The notes under the pieces: generated by a model | What the model saw: only the letters and a program-made list of their open reading frames with translations | Database searches by the model: none | Told to the model about the DNA's origin: nothing | Position numbers and translations under genes: made by a program | Assembly: GCA_963712745.1 (NCBI GenBank) | Contig: CAVQJC010000015.1 | Span: 32,001 to 96,000, forward strand | Origin: an uncultured Chloroflexia bacterium | Lineage (GTDB): Bacteria > Chloroflexota > Limnocylindria > Limnocylindrales > CSP1-4 | Direction: 5' to 3' | Length of the DNA: 64,000 nucleotides | In this document: positions 17,846 to 27,782 of the stretch, piece after piece | How the letters are laid out: each line of letters opens with the position of its first letter | Position numbering within the stretch: position 1 is the stretch's first letter

Positions 17846-18439
17846 ATGGCGCGACTGGAACCCCTCTCACTCGACCAGGTCGAGGGCCTCGAAGAGGTCG
17901 AACGCACGTACCAGCGGACGCTCGGCTTCGTACCCAACGGACTGCGCATCATGGCCCGGCGCCCGCAGATCGTGCGAGGCTTCATCGCCCTTCGGCGGGC
18001 GGTGCTCGACCCGTCTTCGGGCACGGTCCCGGCGGAGCTCAAGAACCTCGTGGCTCACATCGCCAGCCGCACCCACGGCTGCCTGTACTGCCAGGCCCAT
18101 GCTCTGCAGGGAGCCGGTCGAGCCGGGGCCCAGCAGGCTCGGCTGGAGGCAGTCTGGGAATATCAGACGAGCGAGCTCTTCAGCGAAGCCGAGCGGGCTG
18201 CCCTGGACTTCGCGGTCCACGCCGCGTCGGTGCCCAACGCCGTCACCGACGAGGACTTCGAACGGCTTGCCGAACACTGGGACGAGGGCCAGGTCGTGGA
18301 GATCCTGGCGGCAGTATCGCTCTACGGCTTCCTCAACCGCTGGAACGATTCCCTCGCGACCCCGTTGGAGGAAGGCTCAGCGGAGTTCGCCGACGCCGCC
18401 ATCGGCGACCGGGGCTGGACGCGCGGCAAGCACGCCTGA
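17846..18439 (+). CDS. Carboxymuconolactone decarboxylase / AhpD-like protein
   Basis: LGFVPN, GCLYCQAH, ERAALDFA, FLNRWND. Confidence 0.9.
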   Translation: MARLEPLSLDQVEGLEEVERTYQRTLGFVPNGLRIMARRPQIVRGFIALRRAVLDPSSGTVPAELKNLVAHIASRTHGCLYCQAHALQGAGRAGAQQARLEAVWEYQTSELFSEAERAALDFAVHAASVPNAVTDEDFERLAEHWDEGQVVEILAAVSLYGFLNRWNDSLATPLEEGSAEFADAAIGDRGWTRGKHA

Positions 18440-18458
18440 GCGAGAGGCAGCGCCTGAC

Positions 18459-19292
18459 TCAGGCTGGGATGGAGGGCGCCTCCGTCGGCTGCGCAGGACG
18501 GGCCATCTCCTCGGACGTCATATGCACCTCCATGGCACCGGTCATGATGGCCACCGCCTCCGCCATCGTGTGCGACTGCGGCGATACCACCGCGATACGC
18601 CTGCCCAGACGCTGGATGTGGATGCGGTCGGCCACCTCGAACACGTGCGGCATGTTGTGGCTGATAAGGATCACCGGCAGACCCCGGTCGCGCACATCGC
18701 GGATGAGCTGGAGGACCTTCTGCGATTCCTTGACGCCAAGCGCTGCGGTCGGCTCGTCCATGATCACCACGTGCTGGCCGAACGCGGCGGCGCGTGCCAC
18801 GGCCACGCCCTGGCGCTGGCCACCCGACAACGTCTCCACGGCCTGGCCCATGTCCTGGATGGTCAGCAGCCCCAGATTGCTGAGCTCCTTTTTGGCCGCG
18901 TCACGCATGCCGCCAAGGTCCAGCATCCGCAGGTACTTGCCTCGCCAGTCCGACTTTCGGATTTCGCGGCCGAGGAAGAGGTTGTTGGCGATGTCCAGGG
19001 CTGGGCAGACCGCGAGGTTCTGGTAGACGGTCTGGATGCCGGCTGCCTGGGCGTCGTTCGGCTCGGTGAAGTGGACGAGCTTGCCGTCCAGCCGGATCTC
19101 GCCGCTGTCGGGGATGACCGCGCCACTGAAGCACTTGATGAGCGTGGACTTGCCGGCGCCGTTGTCGCCGATGACACCGAGCACCTCGCCGGGATAGAGC
19201 TCGAAGTCGGAGTGATCGATGGCCACCACCTTGCCATAGGTCTTGACCAGGTTCTTCGCCTGCAGCACCGGCTGCGGGAACGCGTCGGTCAC
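18459..19292 (-). CDS. frcA: Sugar (fructose-type) ABC transporter ATP-binding protein
   Basis: GDNGAGKST, LSGGQRQ, IMDEPTAALG; GTG start overlaps the permease stop. Confidence 0.85.
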   Translation of the reverse strand: MTDAFPQPVLQAKNLVKTYGKVVAIDHSDFELYPGEVLGVIGDNGAGKSTLIKCFSGAVIPDSGEIRLDGKLVHFTEPNDAQAAGIQTVYQNLAVCPALDIANNLFLGREIRKSDWRGKYLRMLDLGGMRDAAKKELSNLGLLTIQDMGQAVETLSGGQRQGVAVARAAAFGQHVVIMDEPTAALGVKESQKVLQLIRDVRDRGLPVILISHNMPHVFEVADRIHIQRLGRRIAVVSPQSHTMAEAVAIMTGAMEVHMTSEEMARPAQPTEAPSIPA

Positions 19293-20372
19293 TTGCCTAC
19301 CCTCCGGATCCACTGGTCGAGCGCGACCGCGACGATGACAAGCACGCCGATGGAGAAGCGCTGCCACAAGGGGTCCAACCCCGCGATGGTCAGTCCATTC
19401 ACCGCCGTGCCCACGATGATGGCCCCGACGAGCGTCCCCAGCACGCCACCGCGTCCGCCGAACAGGCTGGTACCACCGATGACGACCGCGGTGATCGACT
19501 CGAGGTTCGCGAGCTGGAGGGCCTGGGGAGTCGCGGCACCCACGCGGCCGATCAGGAACCACGCGCCAAACGCGTAGATGAACCCGGCCGCCGCGTAGAC
19601 GCTGAGCAGGACGCGATCGACGCGAACGCCCGACAGGCGCGCCGAATTCGGGATCGTCACCGGTGGCATAGACGTGGCGTCCCCAGCCGGTGTACTTGAG
19701 GATGTACATCATGATCGCGTACATCACCAGCATCCCGATGGACCCGAGCGTGAAGCGGGTGCCCATGAACTCCAGCGGCTGGCCCGGCAAGGTCAGGACG
19801 TCGTGCATGTTGTTGCCCAGGACCGTCGCACTCCCCGACACGTAGAGATTGAGCGCGAAGAAGATGCTCAGCGTTCCCAGCGTGACGATGAAGGGCGGCA
19901 TCCGTAGCCTGGTGATGAGCAGGCCGTTCACCAGGCCACATGCGGTCCCGAACGCGAATCCGAAGGCCAGGGCCGCTATCCCCGCGAATGGCACATCGAG
20001 CAACTGGGTCGAGATATTGGCCATGACGGTCGCAGTGAAGACGGCGATGGCACCGACCGACAGGTCGATGCCGGCGGTCAGGATGATGATCGTCATACCG
20101 ATGGCCAGCGTGCCCACCACCGTCACCTGCGAGATGATCAGTGACATGTTGTACGGCTGGAGGAACCGTTCGGGCGCCACCAGACTGAAGCCGACCATCA
20201 TGGCGATGAGCACCATGAATGGGCCGAGGGCCGGGTACTTGTGAAGGGTGCGCTGGATGCGTTCGAGCAGGGTCGGCGGCCGGCGCTCCGCTTCGTCGAT
20301 CTCGCCCGACACCGCGGCGGCCGTGGCCTCCATCAGGGTCTCGTCCTGACCGCGGCGATCTGGCTCAGTCAT
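19289..20372 (-). CDS. frcC: Sugar ABC transporter permease (apparent +1 frameshift near 19646)
   Basis: ILTAGIDLSVG, PPFIVTLG, GRHVYATG, then in another frame SARLSGV...ITAVVIGGTSLFGGRG. Confidence 0.85.
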
Positions 20373-20416
20373 CGCAACTGTCCCTCACGCGTCTTGGAAC
20401 CTGAATGATAGGTAGT

Positions 20417-20446
20417 AAAACGGGGTGGCCGCTGGGCCACCCCGTT
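20417..20446 (-). terminator. Hairpin between the binding-protein and permease genes
   Basis: AACGGGGTGGCC-N4-GGCCACCCCGTT followed by T residues on the minus strand. Confidence 0.7.
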
Positions 20447-20472
20447 CGATGTTCTAGGCGACTAGGCTCCTC

Positions 20473-21543
20473 TTAGCCCCAGCACTCGCCCTGGGCCCAC
20501 GTGGAATCCTCGGAGCTGACACCCTCCTGGGGATCGTCCGTGATCAACTGGACGCCGGTGTTCACGAAGGGCAGACCCTCGGTCGGCTCGGGCAGGGCAC
20601 CGGTCTTCACGTAGTCGTAGACCGCCTGGACGCCCATGTCGGCCATACGCGCCGGGAACTGCATCGAAGTCGCGCCGATCTTGCCAGCGGCGACGTACTC
20701 GATGCCCGGGCTGCAGCCGCCGTCGACGGAGACGATGATCACGTCATCGGCCTTGCCGGCCGCGTCGAGCGCCTCATACGCGCCGGCAGCCGCCGGCTCG
20801 TTGATGGTGTACACGAGGTTGATGTCGGGGTTGGCGGCGAGCAGGTTCTCCATGGCCGTGCGACCCAGGAGCTGGTCGCCCTGCGACGCGCCGAAGCCGG
20901 CGATCCGCGGATCGTCCTCGTCACCGATGAAGGTGTTGTCCACGGGGTCGATGCCGAAGCCTTCCATGAAGCCCTGGTTGCGCTGGACCTCTGTGGTGAC
21001 CTGCAGCCCCTCGGATGAATCCAGGAAGGCGATGACGGCGTTCTCCGCGTCGTCGCCCATCTTGGCCTTGGCCCACTCGCCGATGAACAGGCCGGCCTGG
21101 TAGTTGTCGGTCGCGAGCGTCGCGTCGACCGCGTCAGGCGGGTTCGTCTGGGTGTCGAGGGCGATGGTCAGCATGCCCGCTTCCTTGGCCCGCTCGATGG
21201 TAGGCACGATAGCGTCGGGCACCGAGGGCGTGATCAGCAGACCGCTGGCGCCAGCGGCGATCAGGTTGTCGATACAGGCGACCTGGCCCTCGTTATCGGT
21301 GTCGATAGCTCCGGCGCATGCCGTGAAGTCGATCCCGAGCTCATCAGCCTTGACCTGGGCCCGGTCCCGCATCATCACGAAGAAGGGGTTGGTCTCGGTC
21401 TTGGTGATGAGGCCGACGAGGATGTCCTCGTCCGCCATCTCGTCCTGAGCGACCGCAGCAGTACCAGCGACCGAACTCATAGCCAGAGCCATTGCGCCAG
21501 CCAGAACGGTAAGCCGCGTTGCGCGGCGTCGATCAAAGGTCAT
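20473..21543 (-). CDS. frcB: Sugar ABC transporter substrate-binding protein (FrcB-like)
   Basis: Signal peptide; GLITKTETNPFF, ATDNYQAG, VYTINEPAAAG, SVDGGC. Confidence 0.85.
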   Translation of the reverse strand: MTFDRRRATRLTVLAGAMALAMSSVAGTAAVAQDEMADEDILVGLITKTETNPFFVMMRDRAQVKADELGIDFTACAGAIDTDNEGQVACIDNLIAAGASGLLITPSVPDAIVPTIERAKEAGMLTIALDTQTNPPDAVDATLATDNYQAGLFIGEWAKAKMGDDAENAVIAFLDSSEGLQVTTEVQRNQGFMEGFGIDPVDNTFIGDEDDPRIAGFGASQGDQLLGRTAMENLLAANPDINLVYTINEPAAAGAYEALDAAGKADDVIIVSVDGGCSPGIEYVAAGKIGATSMQFPARMADMGVQAVYDYVKTGALPEPTEGLPFVNTGVQLITDDPQEGVSSEDSTWAQGECWG

Positions 21544-21585
21544 CGCGTCAGCGTGCCTCCTCAATTGCCTCCTACGCTGCCTGTC

Positions 21586-21599
21586 TGACAACGTTGTCT
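21586..21599. promoter_or_regulatory. LacI-type operator palindrome GACAACGTTGTC
   Basis: Perfect 12-bp palindrome with central CG upstream of the ABC operon. Confidence 0.6.
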
Positions 21600-21723
21600 G
21601 CGAGCCTAGACCTTGGTGGAGACCCAACTCATCGCCCGTGGTTCGGGAGAAATCAGGCCCCGCGATGCGAGCTAGGCGCGGGGTCGTACGGCGATATCAG
21701 ACCATGGAGACACGGGTACAAGC

Positions 21724-22209
21724 ATGCTGATCGGGATCGATTGGGGTGGCACGAAGATCGAGGGCATCGCGATGTCCCCGGACGGCCAGGAGCTTCTTCG
21801 GATCCGCACCGACACACCCCGTGGGGACTACCGCGGCTGTCTGGACGCCATCGTGGATCTCGTCGCTCGACTCGAGCGCGAGACCGGAGTGACCGGCAGC
21901 ATCGGCATCGGCATCCCCGGATCACTCGAGCCTGACACCCGGCTCGGCAAGGGCGCGAGCTCGACCTGGCTCCTGGGGCGCCCGGTCGAAAAGGACCTGA
22001 CCGAGGCTCTTGGCCGCGAGCTCCGCGTCGAGAACGATGCTGACTGTCTCGCGGCCTCAGAGGCTCGCGATGGCGCCGGCGCCGGCTACAACGTCGTGTT
22101 CGCGGTCATCCTCGGGAGTGGCATCGGGGGTGGGGCCGGGAGGCTCGCGTACATCGCGAATCCCATAGCGGTGCGACTAGCTACCGGACATCATGGATCG
22201 AGGGACTAG
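21724..22209 (+). pseudogene. Truncated ROK-family sugar kinase (fructokinase/Mak-like), N-terminal half only
   Basis: IGIDWGGTKIE, GIGIPG, RVENDADC, VILGSGIGGG; similarity then stops. No GExGH or CxCG Zn motif; 161 aa against the usual ~300. Confidence 0.75.
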
Positions 22210-22222
22210 GAAGGCGGCACGA

Positions 22223-23017
22223 GTGACCAACGAGAACGTCGAAGCGCGACTCGAGTTCGGCCAGGATCTGATCGAGGAGGCGGCAGCCCTCGCGCTGCAG
22301 CATTTCTCCCGGGTCGGCTCGTTGACCATCACCAGGAAGGGCCAGCAGGACATGGCCAGCGAAGCAGATCTGGAGACCGAGGCGCTCATCCGCGACAGCC
22401 TGTCGCGACGATTCCCCGACGACGGCTTCCTGGGGGAAGAGTCCGGGAGAGCATCTGTCAGCGGCAACGCGGGAATCTGGGTCGTCGATCCGATCGATGG
22501 GACGCAGCCGTTCATCAACGGCATGGGCTCATGGTGCGTTTCCATCGCGCTCGTTTGGAACGGGATCGCTGAGCTGGGGTTCGTGGCAGCTCCGGCACTT
22601 GGAGAGCTGTACGTGGGCCGCCGTGGCCAGGGCGCCACGCTCAATGGCGAGCCGATCAGTGTCAGCACAGCCACGAGGCTCGATGCCGGTATCACGTACA
22701 CCGGCTACTCGCCGAGGATCGGACCCGACGATATCTTGCCCGTGTTCGACAGACTCCTGCGCCAGGGTGGCATGTTCTATCGCGACGGCTCGGGCACCCT
22801 CGACCTCTGCTACGTCGCGTGCGGACGGCTCATCGGGGCCGTAGAGCGCCACATGAACTCGTGGGATGCGCTCGCGGCGCTTACGATCATCGAGGCCGCC
22901 GGCGGCAAGATCAACGATTTCATGGCTAACGAGGGCCTCTGGGTAGGGAACCGTGTCGTGGCGGGCCCACCGGCCCTGTACCCCGCCCTGGAGGCCGTGC
23001 TCGAGGGTACCGTCTGA
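22223..23017 (+). CDS. Inositol monophosphatase family protein
   Basis: FLGEE, WVVDPIDGT, YVACGR, WDALA. Confidence 0.92.
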   Translation: MTNENVEARLEFGQDLIEEAAALALQHFSRVGSLTITRKGQQDMASEADLETEALIRDSLSRRFPDDGFLGEESGRASVSGNAGIWVVDPIDGTQPFINGMGSWCVSIALVWNGIAELGFVAAPALGELYVGRRGQGATLNGEPISVSTATRLDAGITYTGYSPRIGPDDILPVFDRLLRQGGMFYRDGSGTLDLCYVACGRLIGAVERHMNSWDALAALTIIEAAGGKINDFMANEGLWVGNRVVAGPPALYPALEAVLEGTV

Positions 23018-23098
23018 CCGACATCGCTACGGCCGCCGAAGGCCCCCTCCGGATGCCTGACCGGCCGGGACCGAACGCCGCCTGCTGACAAGCGTGTC

Positions 23099-23515
23099 CT
23101 ATGCGGTGATGCGCACGCCTTCGGCACTTGCGGCCCTGATGAGCGCCTTGTCCTCGGTGGCGAGCTCCCCGTCGATATCGAGCGCCAGGCTCAGGTAGGC
23201 CGCGTCGTACACGGTCAGGCGGTGGCGGTCTGCCAGCTCGACAGCGTCAAAGGCTCCAGAAAGACCCCTGTCGGCGACATCCACCCCAGCGGCAAAGAGC
23301 AGTCGTACCCGCGCGATTGCGTCCGCCGGCTCAAGCCCCACGCCGCGCAACAGTGCATTGGCGATCTCAACGCGGAAATGGGCCGGCGCCAGGATGACGG
23401 CGCCCGCGGCCTGCCAATCTGCCAGCCGATCTTGCCACCGCTCGTTGCCGATCAGCACCTCCACCATCGCAGAGGCGTCGACGACGACCGCGACTTGCCC
23501 CGAGGTCAGAGTCAT
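23099..23515 (-). CDS. vapC: PIN-domain toxin (VapC family)
   Basis: VVVDASA, EIANAL, LTVYDAAYLSLA, LATEDKAL. Confidence 0.9.
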   Translation of the reverse strand: MTLTSGQVAVVVDASAMVEVLIGNERWQDRLADWQAAGAVILAPAHFRVEIANALLRGVGLEPADAIARVRLLFAAGVDVADRGLSGAFDAVELADRHRLTVYDAAYLSLALDIDGELATEDKALIRAASAEGVRITA

Positions 23516-23523
23516 CGCGCCGA

Positions 23524-23826
23524 TCAGCCCGAGCCGCGCTGGCGACCGACGAGCGCGGAGCGACCGTCGCGCATCTCACGGACGACGGCACCGACGTCGA
23601 GGCCCGGCGGTACTGGCCGCAGCCGTGCCATACGCCGTATCTCGTCGAGCGCGGTGGCGCGGCGCAGGCGCTCCTGCTCCGGGTCCAGCGCACGCAAATC
23701 CTCGAGCGATACCAGGGCGGCGCGGGGTTGTCCCGCTCGTTCGATGACGATGCGCTCGCCCGCAGCCGCTTCATCGAGCAGTTCACCGAAGTGCTTGCGA
23801 ACGTCCAGCGCGGTCACGGTCTTCAC
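23524..23826 (-). CDS. Phd/YefM family antitoxin
   Basis: MKTVTALDVRKHFGELLDEAAAGERIVIERAGQPRAALV. Confidence 0.9.
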   Translation of the reverse strand: MKTVTALDVRKHFGELLDEAAAGERIVIERAGQPRAALVSLEDLRALDPEQERLRRATALDEIRRMARLRPVPPGLDVGAVVREMRDGRSALVGRQRGSG

Positions 23827-23842
23827 TCGACCATGATAGTCC

Positions 23843-23896
23843 TATGAGAGTCATATGACAACGAAAGCGATGTGGATGACAACGAAAGCGATGTGG
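23843..23896. promoter_or_regulatory. TA promoter region: TATGA-N3-TCATA palindrome plus 21-bp direct repeat ATGACAACGAAAGCGATGTGG (2 copies)
   Basis: Repeats at 23855-23875 and 23876-23896; AT-rich patch upstream of the antitoxin. Confidence 0.55.
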
Positions 23897-23912
23897 CCGC
23901 GTGCAGACCGGT

Positions 23913-24101
23913 TCAGCGAACGGTGACCACGATCCACATGAGGGTGGCAAGCACGAAGGCGACGGCGGACGCACCCCGCAGCAGGGCACGGTTCGACCAC
24001 GGCCGGTCGCTGAAGCCACGAAACACGTAGAGCACGAACCCGACGGCGGCCAGGAGGCCGAGGTAGGCGACCAGCCACACCAGCAGTGTCTGTGCGATCA
24101 C
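23913..24101 (-). CDS. Small two-TM membrane protein
   Basis: VIAQTLLVWLVAYLGLLAAVGFVLYVF...ASAVAFVLATLMWIVV; start at 24101 or 24119. Confidence 0.5.
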   Translation of the reverse strand: MIAQTLLVWLVAYLGLLAAVGFVLYVFRGFSDRPWSNRALLRGASAVAFVLATLMWIVVTVR

Positions 24102-24359
24102 GCCCCGATCGTGGCCCATCCGCGCCCGGGGCGCAGGTCGGGTCGGGGCTTCGACAAAGAACATCCCGGGCGTAGCCTCGTTTCGTCCCGCCCGACAGGC
24201 ACAGACGTTCTGGCGCCAGGACCCGGACACGAAGATCGAAGAGAACGTGATGCTCCCCTCCCCAGGTGCGCAAAGGCCAGGGCATGATCTGGCCCGGTGC
24301 GCCGCCAGAGGTCCCGGATGCGGCACTACAGGAGGCCGACCCACTGGACCGATTCCCGA

Positions 24360-27300
24360 CTACGGCGCCTTCGCCCCGTCCCGGGCGGAGGCGCCAGCTG
24401 AGTCGGTGGAGGTGGCCACGAGGCCCTGATCGAGCGCCACCCGGGCAGCCTCGGTGCGGGTCGAGACGCCCAGCTTGCCCAGGATGTTGCTGACGTGGAC
24501 CCCGGCCGTGGACTCGCTGATGAAGAGGTTCCCGGCGATCTCGCGGTTGGTGCGGCCGCTGGCCACCTCGGCCAGCACTTCCAGCTCACGCGGCGTGAGC
24601 CCGTAGGCCCGCTCGGGCTCGGGGGCCTCGGACTTGGCCGTGCCGCCCACCCGAGTGCGCATGCGCCGAGCCATGGCCTCGAGATGGTCGAGCAGGGGCA
24701 TCGCACCGAGATCGGTCGCGAGGCGGTGGGCTTCGCGCAACGCGGCCACGGCCGAGTCTCTATCGCCACCAGCCTCGGCGGCCTCGGCCTGGCGCCAGCG
24801 AGCCATGGCGACCCGGAACGGCCGTTCCAGCCCCGCCCAGGCGTCCGCCAGCCGCGACCATTCGGCCACGCTGGCGGTTCCCTCCATGCGGGCGCGCTCA
24901 GCCCGCAGCTGGTCGACCCCGAGGGCCAGCACCTGGCTCAACCGCGCGCCCGGCGTCGAGATCTGGGTGAGCCATCTGGTCGCGATCGCCTCCAGGCGGT
25001 CCATGTCGGCGCGCGCGGTCGCGAGCGCCTCGGTGTCTCCGGCCAGCCGGGCTGTCTTGCCCAGCTCGGCCAGGGGCCACGCGGCCACGCGCGCGACCTC
25101 GAGGAGGCGGATGCTCGCATCCACGTCGCGCAGCAGCTCGATGACCTCCCAGGCGTATTCGAGCGCCTGCGCGTGGTCGCCCCCGAACGCGGCGTGCTCG
25201 ATGCCGCCGATATAGGTCTGGCCATGATTGTCAGTCGGTGGACGCTCAAGGACGAGCTTGCGAGCACGCTCCCACAGCGGCTCGAAGGCCTCGTCTCCGC
25301 GGCAGGCCATCAATTCGAGGACGTACGAGGCTCGGTAGACGTAGGTGCCGTCGGTGTGCCCGGCCAGGCGGTCCGCGCGGGCCAGGATGTCGAGGGCCTC
25401 GCCCCAACGACCGACCTCGAACCCGTAGCTGACCGCCCCGTAGCCGATGTAGGGCCCGTAGCTGTTGGCGACACCCCACTCGGCGGCGACGCGCATGCCC
25501 AGGAGCGCGGTCTCCAGCGCCCGCTCGGGATAGCCGCTGAAGTACTCGATCTCCGGCTTGTTGACATAGGCACGGCCGATGTCGTCGGGGATGCCCAGCT
25601 CGAGCGCGATGTCGATGGCAGCGTCGATGGAGGCGAGGCCCGCCGATGTCTCGCCGAGGCCGGTGAGGACCACGCCGAGTGTGTTGCGGCCATGCCCTTC
25701 GAGGTCGCGGGCGCCGATGGCGACGGCCGCCTCGATGGCCTCCTCGCAGAGTGGCCGGGCCTCCTGCAATCGTTGGTGCAGCATATATACCTGACCCAGT
25801 CCGGCCAGCGCCCTGATGCGCACGGTGGGAGGCTCGGCGGGAGCCGTCTCCAGGGCCTGCTCGTAGGTGCTGATGCTGCCGCCCCAGTCACCCGACACCC
25901 ACTGCGACCTGGCCAACAGGATGAGCAGGCCGGTGCGTCGAGCCGGGTCGGAGTCGCCCAGCTCGCTGATGGCCTCGCGACAAGCGGCCACGCCACGGCG
26001 GAAGTCAGACGCGAGGTAGGCCGCGCGAGCACTGCGCTCGAGGAGTTCCGCGTGATCGATGCCCGATCGCTCGGGCCCGTGGTCGTCCCAGAGCAGGATG
26101 GCCTCGCTGTACTCGTCCGAGGCGATGCCGTAGGAGAACGAGGCCATGGCCGCGTCCCCGGCCGCGATGCAGGCGCCAAGCGCGCGCTGGTCGCGTGCCT
26201 CGCGCCAGTGGAAGGCCGTCCGCACCAGCCAGCCCGCGTCCCCGTCGTCATCGACCGCATGGGCACTCATGTACTCGCCCCAGCTGCGGTGCAGGCGACG
26301 ACGTTCGGTGGGCAGCATGGCGTCGTAGACGACCTCCTGCAGGAGTGCGTGACGGAAGCTGTAGGCATCGTCCCCGTCGACAGCTCGCGTGGTCAACAGG
26401 AGGCCGGCATCAACCAGGACACGGAGGTCCGCGGACGCCCCCTCCTCGTCGCCGGCGATGGCCACCAGGATGTCATGCTCGACCTCGCGACCTCCAACGG
26501 CAGCCACCCCCAGCAGGCGCTGGGCGCTATCGGGGATGGCATCGATGCGTGAGAGAAGCACGTCTCGAAGGGAGGCCGGGAGGGTCTCGTCATATTCAGT
26601 CCGGCAGCACAGCAGCTCCTCCACGAAGAAGGGGTTACCGTCCGCACGCTCGTAGATCTGCGCGACCTCGCGGTCCTGGAGCTCCTCGCCCAGGATGTGG
26701 CTGATGAGCGAGGCCACGTCATCCTCGGCCAGCGGCTCCAGCTCGATACGCTCGACGTTGGCGTCGCGGACGACCTCGGCCAGCCAGCCACGCACGGGGT
26801 GTCTGCGCGTGACCTCGTCGGCCCGGAACGTGGCCACGATGGTGATCGGCTCGTCGTCGATGGCGCGCAGCAGGTACGAGGCTGCCGCCAGCGTGCCGGC
26901 GTCAGCCCAGTGCAGGTCCTCGAGCTGGATGACCAGCGGGCCAGCCTGGGCCAGGCGGCGAAAGAGATCCAGCAGCGCTTCGTAGAGGCGTGTCTGCGCC
27001 CACAGCTCCTGCTCGGGTGCCGCAGCTCCAGAGTCCAGCGCGGGCACCAGCCGGGCGAGGTCGGGAGCTGCCCGGCCCGCCGCCGCGATGACCGCGGCGG
27101 CTCCTTCCTCCGCCACGAGCGCGCGGATGATCTGGGTGAAGGGCGCGAACGGCAGCCCCTCGGTGCCCACGGCCACGCAACCGCCGAGGAGCACGCGCGC
27201 GCCTTGCGCCTCGGCGAGCCGGCGGTTCTCCGCGAGCAGGCGGGTCTTGCCCACGCCGGCCTCACCGCCGATGACGGCATGGCGGGGCTGACCCCGGCCG

Positions 27301-27380
27301 GCTGAAGCGAGTGAGGCCTCGAGCTGTGCCAGGACACCCGATCGGCCGACCAGCACGGGACTGCTCACCCTACGCACCAT
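24360..27380 (-). CDS. STAND AAA ATPase-TPR-LuxR HTH transcriptional regulator
   Basis: GEAGVGKTRL, EDLHWAD, GNPFFVEEL; C-terminal LTPRELEVL...TNREIA..LFISEST..VHVSNILGKL. Confidence 0.95.
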   Translation of the reverse strand: MVRRVSSPVLVGRSGVLAQLEASLASAGRGQPRHAVIGGEAGVGKTRLLAENRRLAEAQGARVLLGGCVAVGTEGLPFAPFTQIIRALVAEEGAAAVIAAAGRAAPDLARLVPALDSGAAAPEQELWAQTRLYEALLDLFRRLAQAGPLVIQLEDLHWADAGTLAAASYLLRAIDDEPITIVATFRADEVTRRHPVRGWLAEVVRDANVERIELEPLAEDDVASLISHILGEELQDREVAQIYERADGNPFFVEELLCCRTEYDETLPASLRDVLLSRIDAIPDSAQRLLGVAAVGGREVEHDILVAIAGDEEGASADLRVLVDAGLLLTTRAVDGDDAYSFRHALLQEVVYDAMLPTERRRLHRSWGEYMSAHAVDDDGDAGWLVRTAFHWREARDQRALGACIAAGDAAMASFSYGIASDEYSEAILLWDDHGPERSGIDHAELLERSARAAYLASDFRRGVAACREAISELGDSDPARRTGLLILLARSQWVSGDWGGSISTYEQALETAPAEPPTVRIRALAGLGQVYMLHQRLQEARPLCEEAIEAAVAIGARDLEGHGRNTLGVVLTGLGETSAGLASIDAAIDIALELGIPDDIGRAYVNKPEIEYFSGYPERALETALLGMRVAAEWGVANSYGPYIGYGAVSYGFEVGRWGEALDILARADRLAGHTDGTYVYRASYVLELMACRGDEAFEPLWERARKLVLERPPTDNHGQTYIGGIEHAAFGGDHAQALEYAWEVIELLRDVDASIRLLEVARVAAWPLAELGKTARLAGDTEALATARADMDRLEAIATRWLTQISTPGARLSQVLALGVDQLRAERARMEGTASVAEWSRLADAWAGLERPFRVAMARWRQAEAAEAGGDRDSAVAALREAHRLATDLGAMPLLDHLEAMARRMRTRVGGTAKSEAPEPERAYGLTPRELEVLAEVASGRTNREIAGNLFISESTAGVHVSNILGKLGVSTRTEAARVALDQGLVATSTDSAGASARDGAKAP

Positions 27381-27450
27381 GGCACCGATCATAAGGGTCA
27401 TCTGCGGACGAACGTGAGGTGGTCGATCTGGACGGTACGAACGGGTATTG

Positions 27451-27636
27451 CTAGGAGACGGCCACGCGACCGCGGAGCAGGCCGAGGCCGAGGCCGAGCC
27501 ACGTGCGTCGCGGCCTGGCGCTGCGCGAACGAGTGCGAGCCTGGTCGGCGGCGCGAGCCGTGCGATGGCGGTCGGCCTCGGCCCGCAGAGCGGCCTGGCG
27601 GTCGTTGGCGAGGAAGCTCATCTGGAAGTCGTTCAT
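27451..27636 (-). CDS. Small basic protein upstream of the STAND-LuxR regulator
   Basis: MNDFQMSFLANDRQAALRAEADRHRTAR...; RBS CAGGA. Confidence 0.65.
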   Translation of the reverse strand: MNDFQMSFLANDRQAALRAEADRHRTARAADQARTRSRSARPRRTWLGLGLGLLRGRVAVS

Positions 27637-27694
27637 CGGTCCGTCCTGTCGGCTGCTCCGCGGCTGGGTCGTCGCGTCTGGACCAGACGATGCG

Positions 27695-27733
27695 TCTAAA
27701 GGGTCGGCCCGCACATCAGCAGAACCCTTTAGA
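27695..27733. promoter_or_regulatory. 10-bp inverted repeat TCTAAAGGGT-N19-ACCCTTTAGA
   Basis: Read directly; upstream of the small ORF/LuxR unit and downstream of the amidase gene. Confidence 0.5.
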
Positions 27734-27782
27734 TAGGCCGCTGCAGGCCTTCATTTCGGACTGGCACAGCCTTGGGCCGCGC

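Noticed and set aside
18459-20372. Permease-ATPase fusion protein (637-aa ORF)
   Set aside because: Artefact of the frameshift near 19646; the ATPase has its own GTG start overlapping the true permease stop.
24495-26552. Long antisense ORFs (also 8831..10714, 31635..33401, 48894..51005)
   Set aside because: Shadow ORFs typical of high-GC DNA, lying opposite well-supported genes.
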